Part shown: positions 16,245 to 27,457 of the stretch, one piece after another
Layout of the letters: each line of letters begins with the position of its first letter
Position numbering within the stretch: position 1 is the stretch's first letter
Source: a bacterium
Lineage (GTDB): Bacteria; UBA9089; UBA9088
DNA: 34,494 nucleotides
Reading direction: 5' to 3'
NCBI GenBank assembly: GCA_040753475.1
Contig: JBFMED010000073.1
Location: 1-34,494, forward strand
Notes under the pieces: model-generated
Databases searched by the model: none
The model's input: the letters and a program-made list of their open reading frames with translations, nothing else
Told to the model about the DNA's origin: nothing
Program-made: the position numbers and the translations under genes

Positions 16245-17382
16245 CCCTATTATATTGTTTGGCATAGATAATGGCGATTGTGCGATAGACAAAATGGGCA
16301 AACTTTGAATATGGTGCGTAACATAAGAGAAAGAATACAGAGAGAAGGTGGATAAAATATAAGGGATAGGAAAGAATGGGTATATTCGCCCATCTTGTAA
16401 CCATTGTCAATGCTCCACAGGCAATTATTATATACAAAATAGCGATCAAAAGCCAATCAAAGTATCCACCAAGGCTATCCTTCTGGTTAATTCTGTTAAA
16501 GATTACAAGGTTTAGCCCAATGAACATAAGGATTACACCGCTATAGCCTATAAAGTTCATAATATAGGTAAGGGAATAGGAAAAACCTTGAGAAATTAGC
16601 TCTATGGGATAGAAAAACAAGAACAAATACAAATTATGGAATAGGCATATGGGATAAAACCCCTTTTTTTGCAATATCTCTAAATAAAAAATCCCACTTC
16701 CTGCTGTAATTATGAGAAGGACAAAGCCATAGAATATACATAGATGGGCATAATATCTTAATTTGTTTGTATTGCACTTTTTGAATTTGGAGTGAAGCAA
16801 TATCTCAGTTATTGTAGAGAAAATAGCCTTTATAAGACTTCCCTTTTCACCTTCCATCTTAACGCCACCTAAAAACCTCTTTATTCCTATAATAAACGAA
16901 ACAAGGCTAAAGCCAATCCCTATTGTAAAGAGTCCGCTAAGATGTAAGGGAGAAATAAAATCAGAAAAGAGAATCCCATCTTTCACATTTCTTGTCAAGG
17001 CTAATAAGATTATTAAGGGAAATCCAATAATAAGGGGAAGATACCTTGCTTTGTTGAGAAAATTTGCCAGGAATTTTGGAAAGGAATAGCTAATAATCGC
17101 AAGCCTCCTTATGGCAGAGATAACCTCACCTGGCTTTACTCCCCTTGGGCAATAGGCGGTGCAATCACCACATTGATGGCAGAGCCAGATGTCTAAATTA
17201 TTAAAGAGCTTGTCGGAAAGACCCCATTGGGCAAAGAAAATCTCCTTTCTGGGAAATGGCTTGTTTTCTGGCGAGATATTGCAAACAGCGGAACAGGTTG
17301 CACACTGAAAGCACTTCTTTAAAGAGCCTCCACCCGATGAAATTATCTCATTTATAAGCTTAATATCAGGTTTTATAATCAT
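16237..17382 (-). CDS. qmoC: Quinone-interacting membrane-bound oxidoreductase subunit QmoC (HdrC-like Fe-S domain fused to an HdrE-like cytochrome b)
   Basis: CFQCATCSAVCN and CHQCGDCTAYCP, followed by at least 5 TM helices. Positioned after qmoAB. Confidence 0.85.
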   Translation of the reverse strand: MIIKPDIKLINEIISSGGGSLKKCFQCATCSAVCNISPENKPFPRKEIFFAQWGLSDKLFNNLDIWLCHQCGDCTAYCPRGVKPGEVISAIRRLAIISYSFPKFLANFLNKARYLPLIIGFPLIILLALTRNVKDGILFSDFISPLHLSGLFTIGIGFSLVSFIIGIKRFLGGVKMEGEKGSLIKAIFSTITEILLHSKFKKCNTNKLRYYAHLCIFYGFVLLIITAGSGIFYLEILQKKGFYPICLFHNLYLFLFFYPIELISQGFSYSLTYIMNFIGYSGVILMFIGLNLVIFNRINQKDSLGGYFDWLLIAILYIIIACGALTMVTRWANIPILSYPLYFIHLLSVFFLLCYAPYSKFAHFVYRTIAIIYAKQYNRDV

Positions 17383-17751
17383 TTAATCGCCTCTTGCAAC
17401 CATCCGGATAAAATCGGTTGAGGTAAATATACCAAGCCTATCTTTACCCTCGATAACAATTCTGTGGAATCCATTCCTGTGCATATAGATTGCTGCCTTT
17501 TTTGAATCCATCTTTCCTGCCTCATCTATTGAAACTGTCTCAAGCTGCCTCTCTTTGCAGAATTCTGTTAATTTCTGTGGTGATTCCCTGTCATGCTCAG
17601 TGATTATCCCTATGGTATGGCCATTCCTATTTACTATCAAAAGACAACTCTTTCCTAAATCCCCCATCTTTTTTAAGGCATAGCTTACACTCTTATTCCA
17701 ATCTACCGTTAATAGACCCTCAAATGTTGCATAATCTACAATTGACTTCAT
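17383..17751 (-). CDS. Stand-alone CBS-pair domain protein
   Basis: 122 aa with two CBS-like halves (...LLIVNRNGHTIGIITEHD... and ...RIVIEGKDRLGIFTSTDFIRMV). There are no intergenic bases on either side: the qmoB stop ends at 17752 and the qmoC ATG is at 17382. AAGGGG SD lies inside the qmoB 3' end. Confidence 0.75.
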   Translation of the reverse strand: MKSIVDYATFEGLLTVDWNKSVSYALKKMGDLGKSCLLIVNRNGHTIGIITEHDRESPQKLTEFCKERQLETVSIDEAGKMDSKKAAIYMHRNGFHRIVIEGKDRLGIFTSTDFIRMVARGD

Positions 17752-19980
17752 CTAAAACCCCTTATATGGATTAGGACCAATCGCCTTTACCTTTTCAATA
17801 AAGCTTTCTATCATCTCTGGTATCTTGGGATAGTCTGCAATAGAGGTCTCCACCAGAGAAACCCTCTCTGCCTCAAGCCTAAGACGGTCAAGCGTTTCTT
17901 GGACTTTAGAAAGTCTATACTTTGCCAACTCGCTCCCCTTGATAAAATGGCATTGATAATCCTCGCCCAGCTTACAACCAATGAGCAAGATTCCGTCAAT
18001 TCCCTTTGACAGGGCATCGGTTACCCAGACAAGGTTCAGGCAACCAAGGCACCTTATGGGGATAAACCTTACCAAAGGGCTTATATTTTTTCGCATAATC
18101 CCTATGGTATCCAAAGCAGGATAGGCATCGTTTTCACAGGCAAAGCATAAGAATCGCATCTGGTTTTCATCCTCTGGAACATAAATAGATTTTATCATTG
18201 AGCTTATAATATCAATACTAAAGTCCTTAAATGAGACAATCCTTTCTGGGCAGGCACCCAGGCAGGTTCCGCACCTCCTGCACCTATTTGGCTTAAAGTA
18301 GGGAATCCCCTTCTCGTCCTCATCAATTGCTCCAAATGGACATTCATCGGTGCATCGCTTGCAAGCTGTGCACCTTTGCAGGAATGCCTCAGGATAGGTC
18401 ATATCCCATGCCCTTGGATGAACCGCAATCCCTTTTGCTACCTGTTCAATGCATTGTATGGCCTTTAAAGCTGCACCACCTGCATCTTCTATACATTCAC
18501 CTATATTCATTGGTGTCCTTACACATCCGGTAGAATAGACCCCGGTTCTCCTTGTCTCATAGGGAAAGCAGATAAAATTGGAATCCACAAACCCCAAGGC
18601 TTCTTCAAAAAGGGGAACCTCAGGTCCCTGCCGATATTTTAGGTTTAAGATAAAATCAGGTTTTTTTGTTTCATTTATATAGCTTGCCTTTGCCTCATCT
18701 CCCTTTAAGGCTGCCTTTGATAGACCATCAAGATAGCAAAGTGCATCCTTTGTTGAGGGAAGCATCCCTATGGCAAGGACAACAAGGTCTCCCTCAACCT
18801 CAATTACCTCCCCTAAAAGTGTATTCTCTGCCTCAAGGATGAGGCTTTCCTTCTCTTTCTTTATTGCCTTAACATCTGCCTTTGTCAATAAAATCCCAAT
18901 ATCCTCCTGGGTCTTCTTGTAAAAAAGCTCATATTGGGCGGGTGTTCTCATATCTTTATAAAAAATATAGGCAATTGAATTTTCATCCTTTTCCCTGATA
19001 TATTTTGCCTGTTTTAAAGATGTTAAGCAGCAATATGATGAGCAATAGGGTAGATGCTCTTTATCCCTAGAGCCAGCACATTGGATAAAGGCAACCCTTT
19101 TTACCGCCTTTCCATCCTTTCTTAAGAGCTTACCCTGCTTTGCCATCTCCTCAAACTCAATGTTTGTAATTACATCAGGATATATTCCATAGCCAAGATG
19201 AGAAAGCTTTGATGCATCATAGGGCTTAAATCCCGAGGCTAAAATAACAGCCCCTACTTTTCTTCTTATTTCCTCATCCTTTCTTTTTATTGAAACATCA
19301 AATACCCCAGGTTGTCCTTCAATGCTTTCTATCTCTGAATTTATTAAGACCTCAATATTTGGATGCTCATTAACTTTTTTTATCTTCTCAAAAACAATTG
19401 GTTCTCTTATTTCCTCATAGGGATATTCTGTGGGAACTTGCTTGTATAGCCTTGCTGAATACCCACCAAGGTTGTTTTCTTTTTCCACAAGGATTGTCTT
19501 ATACCCACAATCTGCCGTCTCAAGGCTGGCGGTTAATCCACTTATCCCACCACCCACAACCAGAATAGCCCTTTCTATATTTTCTTCTATATATGGCTCG
19601 GGAATATTCTGCTTAATTGCCTTAGTGATTCCCATTTTAAGATAGTCTTCGGCAATTAGCTGGGTATCTTCTCTCTTTGGTGGCTGGCAAAAAACACAAA
19701 GCTCCCTTATATTCACCCGCTCAAGGATACAATTTGGGAAATTAAACACCTCGGACTTTACCCTTCCTGAACATCCTGCAATAACCAATGTGTTTATCCC
19801 CTCCTTCTTTATATCCTCCTTTATTAAGGCAATCCCTTCATTGCATAGGACAGGGGATAGCTTAAATGATGTAATAGGAAGCTTTGTCTCCTTTGAGGCT
19901 TTCTCTATCAGCCTTTCTAAATTCAAGGATTGCTCTATACTACACCCCTTACAGATATAAATGCCTATCTTCTTATCCAT
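17752..19980 (-). CDS. qmoB: QmoB (HdrA-like flavoprotein with ferredoxin and MvhD-like domains)
   Basis: VVGGGISGLTAS FAD motif, CTACKRCTDECP and CRRCGTCLGACP, 742 aa. Overlaps the qmoA 3' end by 16 nt. Confidence 0.9.
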   Translation of the reverse strand: MDKKIGIYICKGCSIEQSLNLERLIEKASKETKLPITSFKLSPVLCNEGIALIKEDIKKEGINTLVIAGCSGRVKSEVFNFPNCILERVNIRELCVFCQPPKREDTQLIAEDYLKMGITKAIKQNIPEPYIEENIERAILVVGGGISGLTASLETADCGYKTILVEKENNLGGYSARLYKQVPTEYPYEEIREPIVFEKIKKVNEHPNIEVLINSEIESIEGQPGVFDVSIKRKDEEIRRKVGAVILASGFKPYDASKLSHLGYGIYPDVITNIEFEEMAKQGKLLRKDGKAVKRVAFIQCAGSRDKEHLPYCSSYCCLTSLKQAKYIREKDENSIAYIFYKDMRTPAQYELFYKKTQEDIGILLTKADVKAIKKEKESLILEAENTLLGEVIEVEGDLVVLAIGMLPSTKDALCYLDGLSKAALKGDEAKASYINETKKPDFILNLKYRQGPEVPLFEEALGFVDSNFICFPYETRRTGVYSTGCVRTPMNIGECIEDAGGAALKAIQCIEQVAKGIAVHPRAWDMTYPEAFLQRCTACKRCTDECPFGAIDEDEKGIPYFKPNRCRRCGTCLGACPERIVSFKDFSIDIISSMIKSIYVPEDENQMRFLCFACENDAYPALDTIGIMRKNISPLVRFIPIRCLGCLNLVWVTDALSKGIDGILLIGCKLGEDYQCHFIKGSELAKYRLSKVQETLDRLRLEAERVSLVETSIADYPKIPEMIESFIEKVKAIGPNPYKGF

Positions 19981-21239
19981 TGTATTGCTTTCATCGCAGA
20001 GGAGGTTGCCTTTCTGGTTGCCCTGGTAACATCCATCGGATTTTCGGCGACACCTGCAGCATATACACCCTTTTTTAGGGATGAATGGATAATAAACCCA
20101 TCATTATTACAAGAAAATATTCCCATTCCATCCTGACCCCTGACTCCTGACCCCTGACTCCTGACTCCTTTAATTGATGGCTGCATTCCCACCGCAAGCA
20201 CTGCCATATCCACCTTTACCTTTACCTTACTTCCTACTTCCACATCCTCTGCCTCTAAAATCACATCGCCTGTTTTATCCTCGCTAATCTTTCCCACCTT
20301 TCCCTTTATTAGATGGACATTTTTTTCATCCTCTATCTTGTTGTAAAACCTCTCATAGAATATACCGGGTGTCCTAATGTCTATATAAAATAGATAAATT
20401 TCTGCATTAGGGTTTTGCTCCTTGATGTAGGTAATCTGCTTTAAGGATGCCATACAGCAGATGTATGAGCAATAGGGAAGGTGGTTTTCATCCCTAGAGC
20501 CAGCACATTGGACAAAGGCTATTCTTTCAGGGGGCTTTCCATCTGATGGCCTTGTTATCTTGCCCTGAGTTGGGCCATTAAAAGATGCAATGCGTTCCAT
20601 CATCATATTGGTAATAACATTCTTTATCCTTCCAAAGCCAAGGTTCTCTATTTTTTCTGCCTCATAAGGCTTCCAGCCGGTTGCCCAGATAATCGAGGAT
20701 ACCTCTATTTCAATGGTTTTTGGTTGCATATCAAGCTCAATAGCAGAATATTTGCAAGCAGAAACACATTCTCCACATCTTGAGCAAACCTTATCATCAA
20801 TCACATACCTAAGGGGAAACGCCTGGTTGTAGGGGAGGTGTATGGCTTTTGTCTTGTTTAGAGAAAGGTTAAAATCATCCTCTCTTTCAACCGGGCAGAG
20901 ACTGACACACTCACCACACCCTGTGCAATTATCCTTTACATACCTTGGGTTTATTCTAATGGCTACATTAAAACCATTGCCTTTTTCCTTAATTTCTTCT
21001 ACCTCTGCCAAGGTCAAAAATGATATATTTGGATTAGCCCTCATCCTTCTTAAATTTATCTCAACACCGCAAGCAGGAGGGCAGAGCTTGGGAAAATATT
21101 TATTAAGCTGAACAACCCTTCCTCCAAGATATGGATTCTTGTCAAGAATTAAAGCCTGATAGCCGGTTTCCCCTATCTCAATGGCAGAGGTTATCCCACT
21201 AATCCCTCCGCCTACAACCAGAACATCCTTTTTTAGCAT
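19965..21239 (-). CDS. qmoA: QmoA (HdrA-like flavoprotein)
   Basis: MLKKDVLVVGGGISGITSA, CTGCGECVSLCP and CSRCGECVSACK. I place the start at 21239 (AGGA SD upstream) rather than 21293, which would overlap the upstream gene. Confidence 0.9.
   Translation of the reverse strand: MLKKDVLVVGGGISGITSAIEIGETGYQALILDKNPYLGGRVVQLNKYFPKLCPPACGVEINLRRMRANPNISFLTLAEVEEIKEKGNGFNVAIRINPRYVKDNCTGCGECVSLCPVEREDDFNLSLNKTKAIHLPYNQAFPLRYVIDDKVCSRCGECVSACKYSAIELDMQPKTIEIEVSSIIWATGWKPYEAEKIENLGFGRIKNVITNMMMERIASFNGPTQGKITRPSDGKPPERIAFVQCAGSRDENHLPYCSYICCMASLKQITYIKEQNPNAEIYLFYIDIRTPGIFYERFYNKIEDEKNVHLIKGKVGKISEDKTGDVILEAEDVEVGSKVKVKVDMAVLAVGMQPSIKGVRSQGSGVRGQDGMGIFSCNNDGFIIHSSLKKGVYAAGVAENPMDVTRATRKATSSAMKAIQWIRR
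20132..20168 (-). repeat. Five tandem CCTGACY heptamers inside the qmoA coding sequence
   Basis: Plus strand reads cctgacc cctgact cctgacc cctgact cctgact cc, translated as GVRSQGSGVRGQ in QmoA. Confidence 0.85.
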
Positions 21240-21249
21240 TCCATTCCTT

Positions 21250-22071
21250 TCATAAATGGATTCCCTTTTGTCTTGCCCTTCTGGAAAGTTCATAAGAGCG
21301 ATAGAGCTTTATGTGTGGATGTTCTTTTTTAAGATGTGCCTCTACATTAGGATGGATTGAATAACAAAGGATGAGGGGAAATACATCGGCTTTTAAGTAA
21401 TTTCTTGCCCTTTCAATAACCTTTGAAAAATCTTTAATATCATTTTTTCCTATGCTTGCTTTAGATTCTCCAATGATGTATATTTTATTTCCATTCTGCC
21501 TTGCCTCGGCATAGATATTTATCTCATCCTCACCACCCTCGGGATAGATAAAGAATCTCCTCTCAAATTCTTTTTCTATCTCAATTCCAAAATCCTTCTT
21601 TAACACATAAGGAAAGATGGAGTAGTATTTTTCCTCAAGCTCATAGCCAATGGTATTTGATATGCCACCTAATCTTTGGTCTGTTTTTTCCTGGGCAATG
21701 GCAAGCTTTTCTAACCTCTGTTCTGTTCTTTTCTGTGCCTCGGCAAGCTCTTCTACCCTTTGCTCTGTCCTTTTCTGTGCCTCGGCAAGCTCTTCTACCC
21801 TTTGCTCTGTCCTTTTCTGTGCCTCGGCAAGCTCTTCTACCCTTTGCTCTGTCCTTTTCTGTGCCTCTGCAAGCTCTTGCAAAGCTTTATCAAGCCTGCC
21901 TACCTCCTTCTGGGTTTCTTTCTGGGCCTCGGTAAGCTCTTTCTGGGCAATGGCAAGCTTCCTTACCTCATTGGTAAGGAGGTTAAACTCTTCCCTATCT
22001 ACCCTTATACCCTTTGTTTTTTCCTCTACAATGGTTTCTATTGTTTTATAAAGCTCAAGATCTATAGCCAT
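21250..22071 (-). CDS. Coiled-coil protein with a C-terminal PD-(D/E)xK-like (restriction-endonuclease-fold) domain, function unknown
   Basis: [14 protein letters not shown] repeats form a long heptad-rich helix. The C-terminus has GGEDEINIY...[14 protein letters not shown] (D...ExK). I start it at MAIDLE (22071), because the track's TTG at 22107 is part of a TTGACA -35 box. Confidence 0.6.
   Translation of the reverse strand: MAIDLELYKTIETIVEEKTKGIRVDREEFNLLTNEVRKLAIAQKELTEAQKETQKEVGRLDKALQELAEAQKRTEQRVEELAEAQKRTEQRVEELAEAQKRTEQRVEELAEAQKRTEQRLEKLAIAQEKTDQRLGGISNTIGYELEEKYYSIFPYVLKKDFGIEIEKEFERRFFIYPEGGEDEINIYAEARQNGNKIYIIGESKASIGKNDIKDFSKVIERARNYLKADVFPLILCYSIHPNVEAHLKKEHPHIKLYRSYELSRRARQKGIHL
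21739..21864 (-). repeat. Three perfect 42-bp tandem repeats, flanked by degenerate copies
   Basis: ctcggcaagctcttctaccctttgctctgtccttttctgtgc occurs three times with no mismatch. It encodes [14 protein letters not shown]. Confidence 0.95.
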
Positions 22072-22077
22072 ATTTTT

Positions 22078-22107
22078 ATTATAACCTTTAGGCCAATCTT
22101 CTGTCAA
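22078..22107 (-). promoter_or_regulatory. Consensus sigma70 promoter TTGACA-N18-TATAAT, with the -10 ending 6 nt before the ATG at 22071
   Basis: Minus strand reads TTGACAgaagattggcctaaaggtTATAATaaaaatATG. Confidence 0.55.
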
Positions 22108-22195
22108 TCTTATTACGGAATTTTTATCTGATATTTCAAGATTTCTTCATCCGTTTTTTCTCTAATAATTTTGGCATTGGCTTCCTTTATAAATC

Positions 22196-24136
22196 CTAAA
22201 CCACCAGCTGCTTATACTCTCTTTTAAAGATCTCAAACTTTCCGGTTTGGCTATTGTATTTGGAATTGACAAAGCATTTCCAATTACTATCATCAATCTT
22301 GGGAAAATCTGCTCTATAATAATAGCCAGGATACCTTGTCTCCTCCCGAAAGAGCATATGCCTGATATGAGCCTCAGCGGTTAAGATTCTATGCCTGTTT
22401 TCCCAGGCCCTCATCAGCTCATGGAGGTTTTCTGCCGCTAATCTATCTGAATCCTCCTTTGCCATTTCCAATAGCTCTAAGCCCTTTTCCATCATTGTTC
22501 TGCTCGTGATATACCAGGTGCTTACCCCTCCCGCATACTCATCCATAATCTTCATCACCCTTGGCTGTAATTGCTTTGGTCTAATATAATTGGGGTTTAT
22601 ATCAGCCGCGGTAGTATAGCCCTTGTATTTCTCATAAAGCTCAAAGGGAAGGCAGATCTCTTTGGCAAATTCCTCAATTGGCTTGGTGATGGTCGGGGTA
22701 AACCCGGAATGGTCAAGACAAAAGGCAACCATTGCTTTTGCCGCAATCCTTCCATCGGCATGTGAGCCAGATGAGAATTTATGACCCGAGGCACCTACGC
22801 CATCGCCGGCGGTGAATAGCCCCTTAACGGTTGTCATTCTATTATAGCCCCATTGCCATTCAGGGGGTGCGATGTCAGATGGCCCACTTACCCAAAAGCC
22901 TGAACAAGCGGCATGTGAACCAATAAAGTATGGCTCGGTAGGCATCATCTCAGATGGCTTTTCCTCTGGAGCAATATTATTGGTTGCCCAAACACCTGCT
23001 TGGGCAATGGTCATATCCAGAAAATCCTCCCAGGCGGCATTTTCCATCTCCTTTGCCAATTTTGCATCCTTTGCCCTCATTGCTTGAATAGCATCCTGTG
23101 TATGCATAAAAACAGGACCCTTTCCTGCCTTTAGCTCCTCAATCATTTGGTGGTTCCTTAAGCAGGTGGGAACCGGCTTTATATCGCAATATGGGGCATA
23201 TTGCTTGATTACCGGGGATTGGGTATAATCCTCACCTAAAGCATTGGTTGCCTTGCATTTTAAATAAAGGAAGAATGTTCCCACCGGGCCATAGCCATCC
23301 TTAAACCTGGTTGGAACAAATACATTCTCCATCATAGTAAGCTCTGCCCCTACCAGAAGCCCCATTGTGGTAGTTGAGCTTGAATTCCATACTGGATACC
23401 AGGTTCTTCCTAAACCCTCATCGGTTGCCCTAGGTCTATAGGTATTTACGCCGCCACCACAGGCATTAAGCACAACCTTTGCCTTAAAGAGGTAGCACTT
23501 GTAATCCCTGACAGAAAAACCAACCGCGCCAGCAATCCGATTATCCTCCTTCTCATCAAGGATGAGATGGGTAATAAAGACCCTCTCGTATAAATTTTGT
23601 GCCATCCCTGTCTTTTCTCGGTTGTATTCCAATACCTTCTTTGCTGCCTCGGCTACAATAACTTTGTATGACTCTCCGCTAATCATTGCCTGCCATCTGC
23701 CTGAGCGAACACACCTTGCCCCATCCCCAAGTTTTTTCTCCTCCTCTCCCTCGTTTTTCCAGAGGGGAAGCCCCCATTCGTCAAAGAGATAGACAGAATC
23801 ATCAACATGCCTTCCGATATCATAGACAATGTCCTCCCTGATTATACCCATTAGGTCTCCACGCACATAATTGACATAGTCTTCTACTGTATTTTCACCC
23901 ACATTTAAGCCAATGTAGGTGTTTATGGCAGAAAGACCCATTGCCACAGTGCCTGAGCGGTCTAATGCCGCCTTATCCACTAAGGTTACCTTTATTCCCT
24001 TTGGTGTTGCCCATCTGCAAGCCTCATAAGCTGCACCACAATTAGCCATTCCACCACCGACAAGCAGAATATCTGTCTCTATTGTTTCCATTTCTGGTGG
24101 CTTGGCATAACTAAATATATTAACCTCTTTTTCCAT
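22196..24136 (-). CDS. aprA: Adenylylsulfate (APS) reductase alpha subunit
   Basis: ILLVGGGMANCGAA FAD motif, 646 aa, immediately downstream of aprB. Confidence 0.92.
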   Translation of the reverse strand: MEKEVNIFSYAKPPEMETIETDILLVGGGMANCGAAYEACRWATPKGIKVTLVDKAALDRSGTVAMGLSAINTYIGLNVGENTVEDYVNYVRGDLMGIIREDIVYDIGRHVDDSVYLFDEWGLPLWKNEGEEEKKLGDGARCVRSGRWQAMISGESYKVIVAEAAKKVLEYNREKTGMAQNLYERVFITHLILDEKEDNRIAGAVGFSVRDYKCYLFKAKVVLNACGGGVNTYRPRATDEGLGRTWYPVWNSSSTTTMGLLVGAELTMMENVFVPTRFKDGYGPVGTFFLYLKCKATNALGEDYTQSPVIKQYAPYCDIKPVPTCLRNHQMIEELKAGKGPVFMHTQDAIQAMRAKDAKLAKEMENAAWEDFLDMTIAQAGVWATNNIAPEEKPSEMMPTEPYFIGSHAACSGFWVSGPSDIAPPEWQWGYNRMTTVKGLFTAGDGVGASGHKFSSGSHADGRIAAKAMVAFCLDHSGFTPTITKPIEEFAKEICLPFELYEKYKGYTTAADINPNYIRPKQLQPRVMKIMDEYAGGVSTWYITSRTMMEKGLELLEMAKEDSDRLAAENLHELMRAWENRHRILTAEAHIRHMLFREETRYPGYYYRADFPKIDDSNWKCFVNSKYNSQTGKFEIFKREYKQLVV

Positions 24137-24139
24137 AAT

Positions 24140-24580
24140 TTACCTCCCTATTGTTGGCAGGGTTTCACCCCTGGCTTGCTGGGTAAAGAACCCAGGCTCT
24201 TTTATCCTTGCGTAATCAGGCTCGCCCTTTCCTCCATAAGGGTCAATTGAGCCCTCTGGCGTTGTCCTTATCGGGAATTTAAACCGCTTAAGCCTTCCAT
24301 CCCTGAACTTAATCGTCCACATTATGGAATCAGAGCCCCTTAAGGGAATAACGCTTCCACCCAAGGGGTTAAAATCCGTATAACCCCTTACCTCTATAGC
24401 CTGCTGGGGGCATATCTTAACACAATTGTAGCACTCCCAACATTGATTAGGCTCCTGGTTATGAGCCTTCATCTTCTCTCTATCCAAGACCAAAAGGTCA
24501 TTTGGGCAGATATACTGACAGGCAGTCTTATCCTGTCCCTTACAACCATCGCATTTCTCAGCGATTACAAAACTTGGCAT
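24140..24580 (-). CDS. aprB: APS reductase beta subunit
   Basis: MPSFVIAEKCDGCKG...CQYICP and CWECYNCVKICP. I start it at 24580 (AAGGGGG SD), downstream of the sat stop. Confidence 0.9.
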   Translation of the reverse strand: MPSFVIAEKCDGCKGQDKTACQYICPNDLLVLDREKMKAHNQEPNQCWECYNCVKICPQQAIEVRGYTDFNPLGGSVIPLRGSDSIMWTIKFRDGRLKRFKFPIRTTPEGSIDPYGGKGEPDYARIKEPGFFTQQARGETLPTIGR

Positions 24581-24596
24581 TTTTTTTACCCCCTTT

Positions 24597-25814
24597 TCAT
24601 ATTTTTCCTTCTGCATGCTTATGCAACTCTATTTCTATTTTTTTATCACAGGATTTATAATATTCCTTTAATATTTCCAATACCTCGGGTCTACTAAAAT
24701 GCTCGGGAATCTCTTTATCCTCAGACAATAGCTTTCTCAGCATTGTTCCACTCAAGATAACCCGGTCGGAAACATCGTGTGGACAGGTCTTGGTTGTCGC
24801 CATACCATCGCATTTCTTACAATAAAAGGTTATGTCAATCTTTAATGGCTTTATCTCCATCGCATCAGCAGGTATCTCATCAAATATCGTTTGTGCATCA
24901 TAAGGGCCATAGTAATTGCCAACCCCGGCATGGTCTCGGCCAACAATAAGATAGGAACATCCATAGTTCTGTCTAAATAAGGCATGCAGCAATGCCTCCC
25001 TTGGACCACCATATCTCATCTCCATCGGATAGCCACCCTGAATGCAGGTATCCTTAACAAAATAGTCTTCAACCAAAGCCTCAATTGCCTTAACCCTTAC
25101 CTCTGCGGGAATATCACCCTCCTTTAGTTTTCCCAACAATTGATGGATGAATACACCATCAGAGATCTCAATGGCTATCTTTGCCAGATATTCATGGGCT
25201 CTGTGCATCGGGTTTCTTAATTGCAATGCCGCTACCTTGCTCCAGCCCTTTTCTTCAAAGATTTCCCTTGCCTCACTAGGACGCAGGTAAAGCCCTTTGT
25301 AAGCCTTGGGATAATAGCTTTCGGAAAGAACCCTTACCCTACCTGCAAGATTTACCTCCTCCTGTGATAAAACCTTATGCACACCAGGATGGTTAGGGTC
25401 ATTTGTTTTAAAGACCTCCTTACACTCATATTCCTTATCTATGGTATACTTTTCCTCTATCTTCATAGTTCCCATAAGCTCACCTGTCTCTTCATCAATT
25501 AGAGAGACCTCTTCTTTTATTTTTAGGCTATCAGCTTGACCTTTTGTGGTGGAAAGGGTTATGGGAATTGGCCAGAATAGACCATCCTTAAGCTTCATAT
25601 CTTTGCAGACGGCCTTCCAATCATTCTGGCCCATAAACCCATCTAAGGGTGTAAATGCACCAATCCCGAGCATAATCAAGTCTGATGTCTCTCTGGATGT
25701 CATCTTAACCTGGGTTAGAGAAGATGCCTTCTTAAGCTCTTCCTTAAGCTCCTCACCCTGTAATAATAATGGCTTTAATTCTCTCCTGCCATGTGGTTTT
25801 GGTAATTTTGACAT
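24597..25814 (-). CDS. sat: Sulfate adenylyltransferase (ATP sulfurylase)
   Basis: [11 protein letters not shown] and [16 protein letters not shown] upstream. Confidence 0.92.
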   Translation of the reverse strand: MSKLPKPHGRRELKPLLLQGEELKEELKKASSLTQVKMTSRETSDLIMLGIGAFTPLDGFMGQNDWKAVCKDMKLKDGLFWPIPITLSTTKGQADSLKIKEEVSLIDEETGELMGTMKIEEKYTIDKEYECKEVFKTNDPNHPGVHKVLSQEEVNLAGRVRVLSESYYPKAYKGLYLRPSEAREIFEEKGWSKVAALQLRNPMHRAHEYLAKIAIEISDGVFIHQLLGKLKEGDIPAEVRVKAIEALVEDYFVKDTCIQGGYPMEMRYGGPREALLHALFRQNYGCSYLIVGRDHAGVGNYYGPYDAQTIFDEIPADAMEIKPLKIDITFYCKKCDGMATTKTCPHDVSDRVILSGTMLRKLLSEDKEIPEHFSRPEVLEILKEYYKSCDKKIEIELHKHAEGKI

Positions 25815-25825
25815 ATCTTTACCTC

Positions 25826-27453
<1,628 letters not shown>

Positions 27454-27457
<4 letters not shown>

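Noticed and set aside
21697-21900. Regularly spaced 42-bp repeats that could be mistaken for a CRISPR array
   Set aside because: The units are directly tandem with no spacers. They lie inside a long ORF and translate in-frame to a coiled-coil repeat ([14 protein letters not shown]). No cas genes are nearby.
22072-22107. TTG start at 22107 for the coiled-coil gene (track translation MTEDWPKGYNKN...)
   Set aside because: That TTG is the first half of a perfect TTGACA, with TATAAT 18 nt downstream. The ATG at 22071 sits 6 nt after the -10, so the extension is more likely promoter than coding sequence.
21650-22131. Three plus-strand ORFs (133, 92 and 123 aa) with repetitive Cys/Ser/Phe-rich translations
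   Set aside because: They are antisense or out-of-frame readings of the 42-bp repeat region of the minus-strand coiled-coil gene. They are low-complexity artefacts with no start context.
22181-22193. A 12-13 nt match (TTAGGATTTATA reverse complement) between the aprA 3' flank and the thrS-leader repeat
   Set aside because: It is short and AT-rich, so it could arise by chance. The same bases are better explained as part of the 13-bp duplication flanking the coiled-coil insertion.
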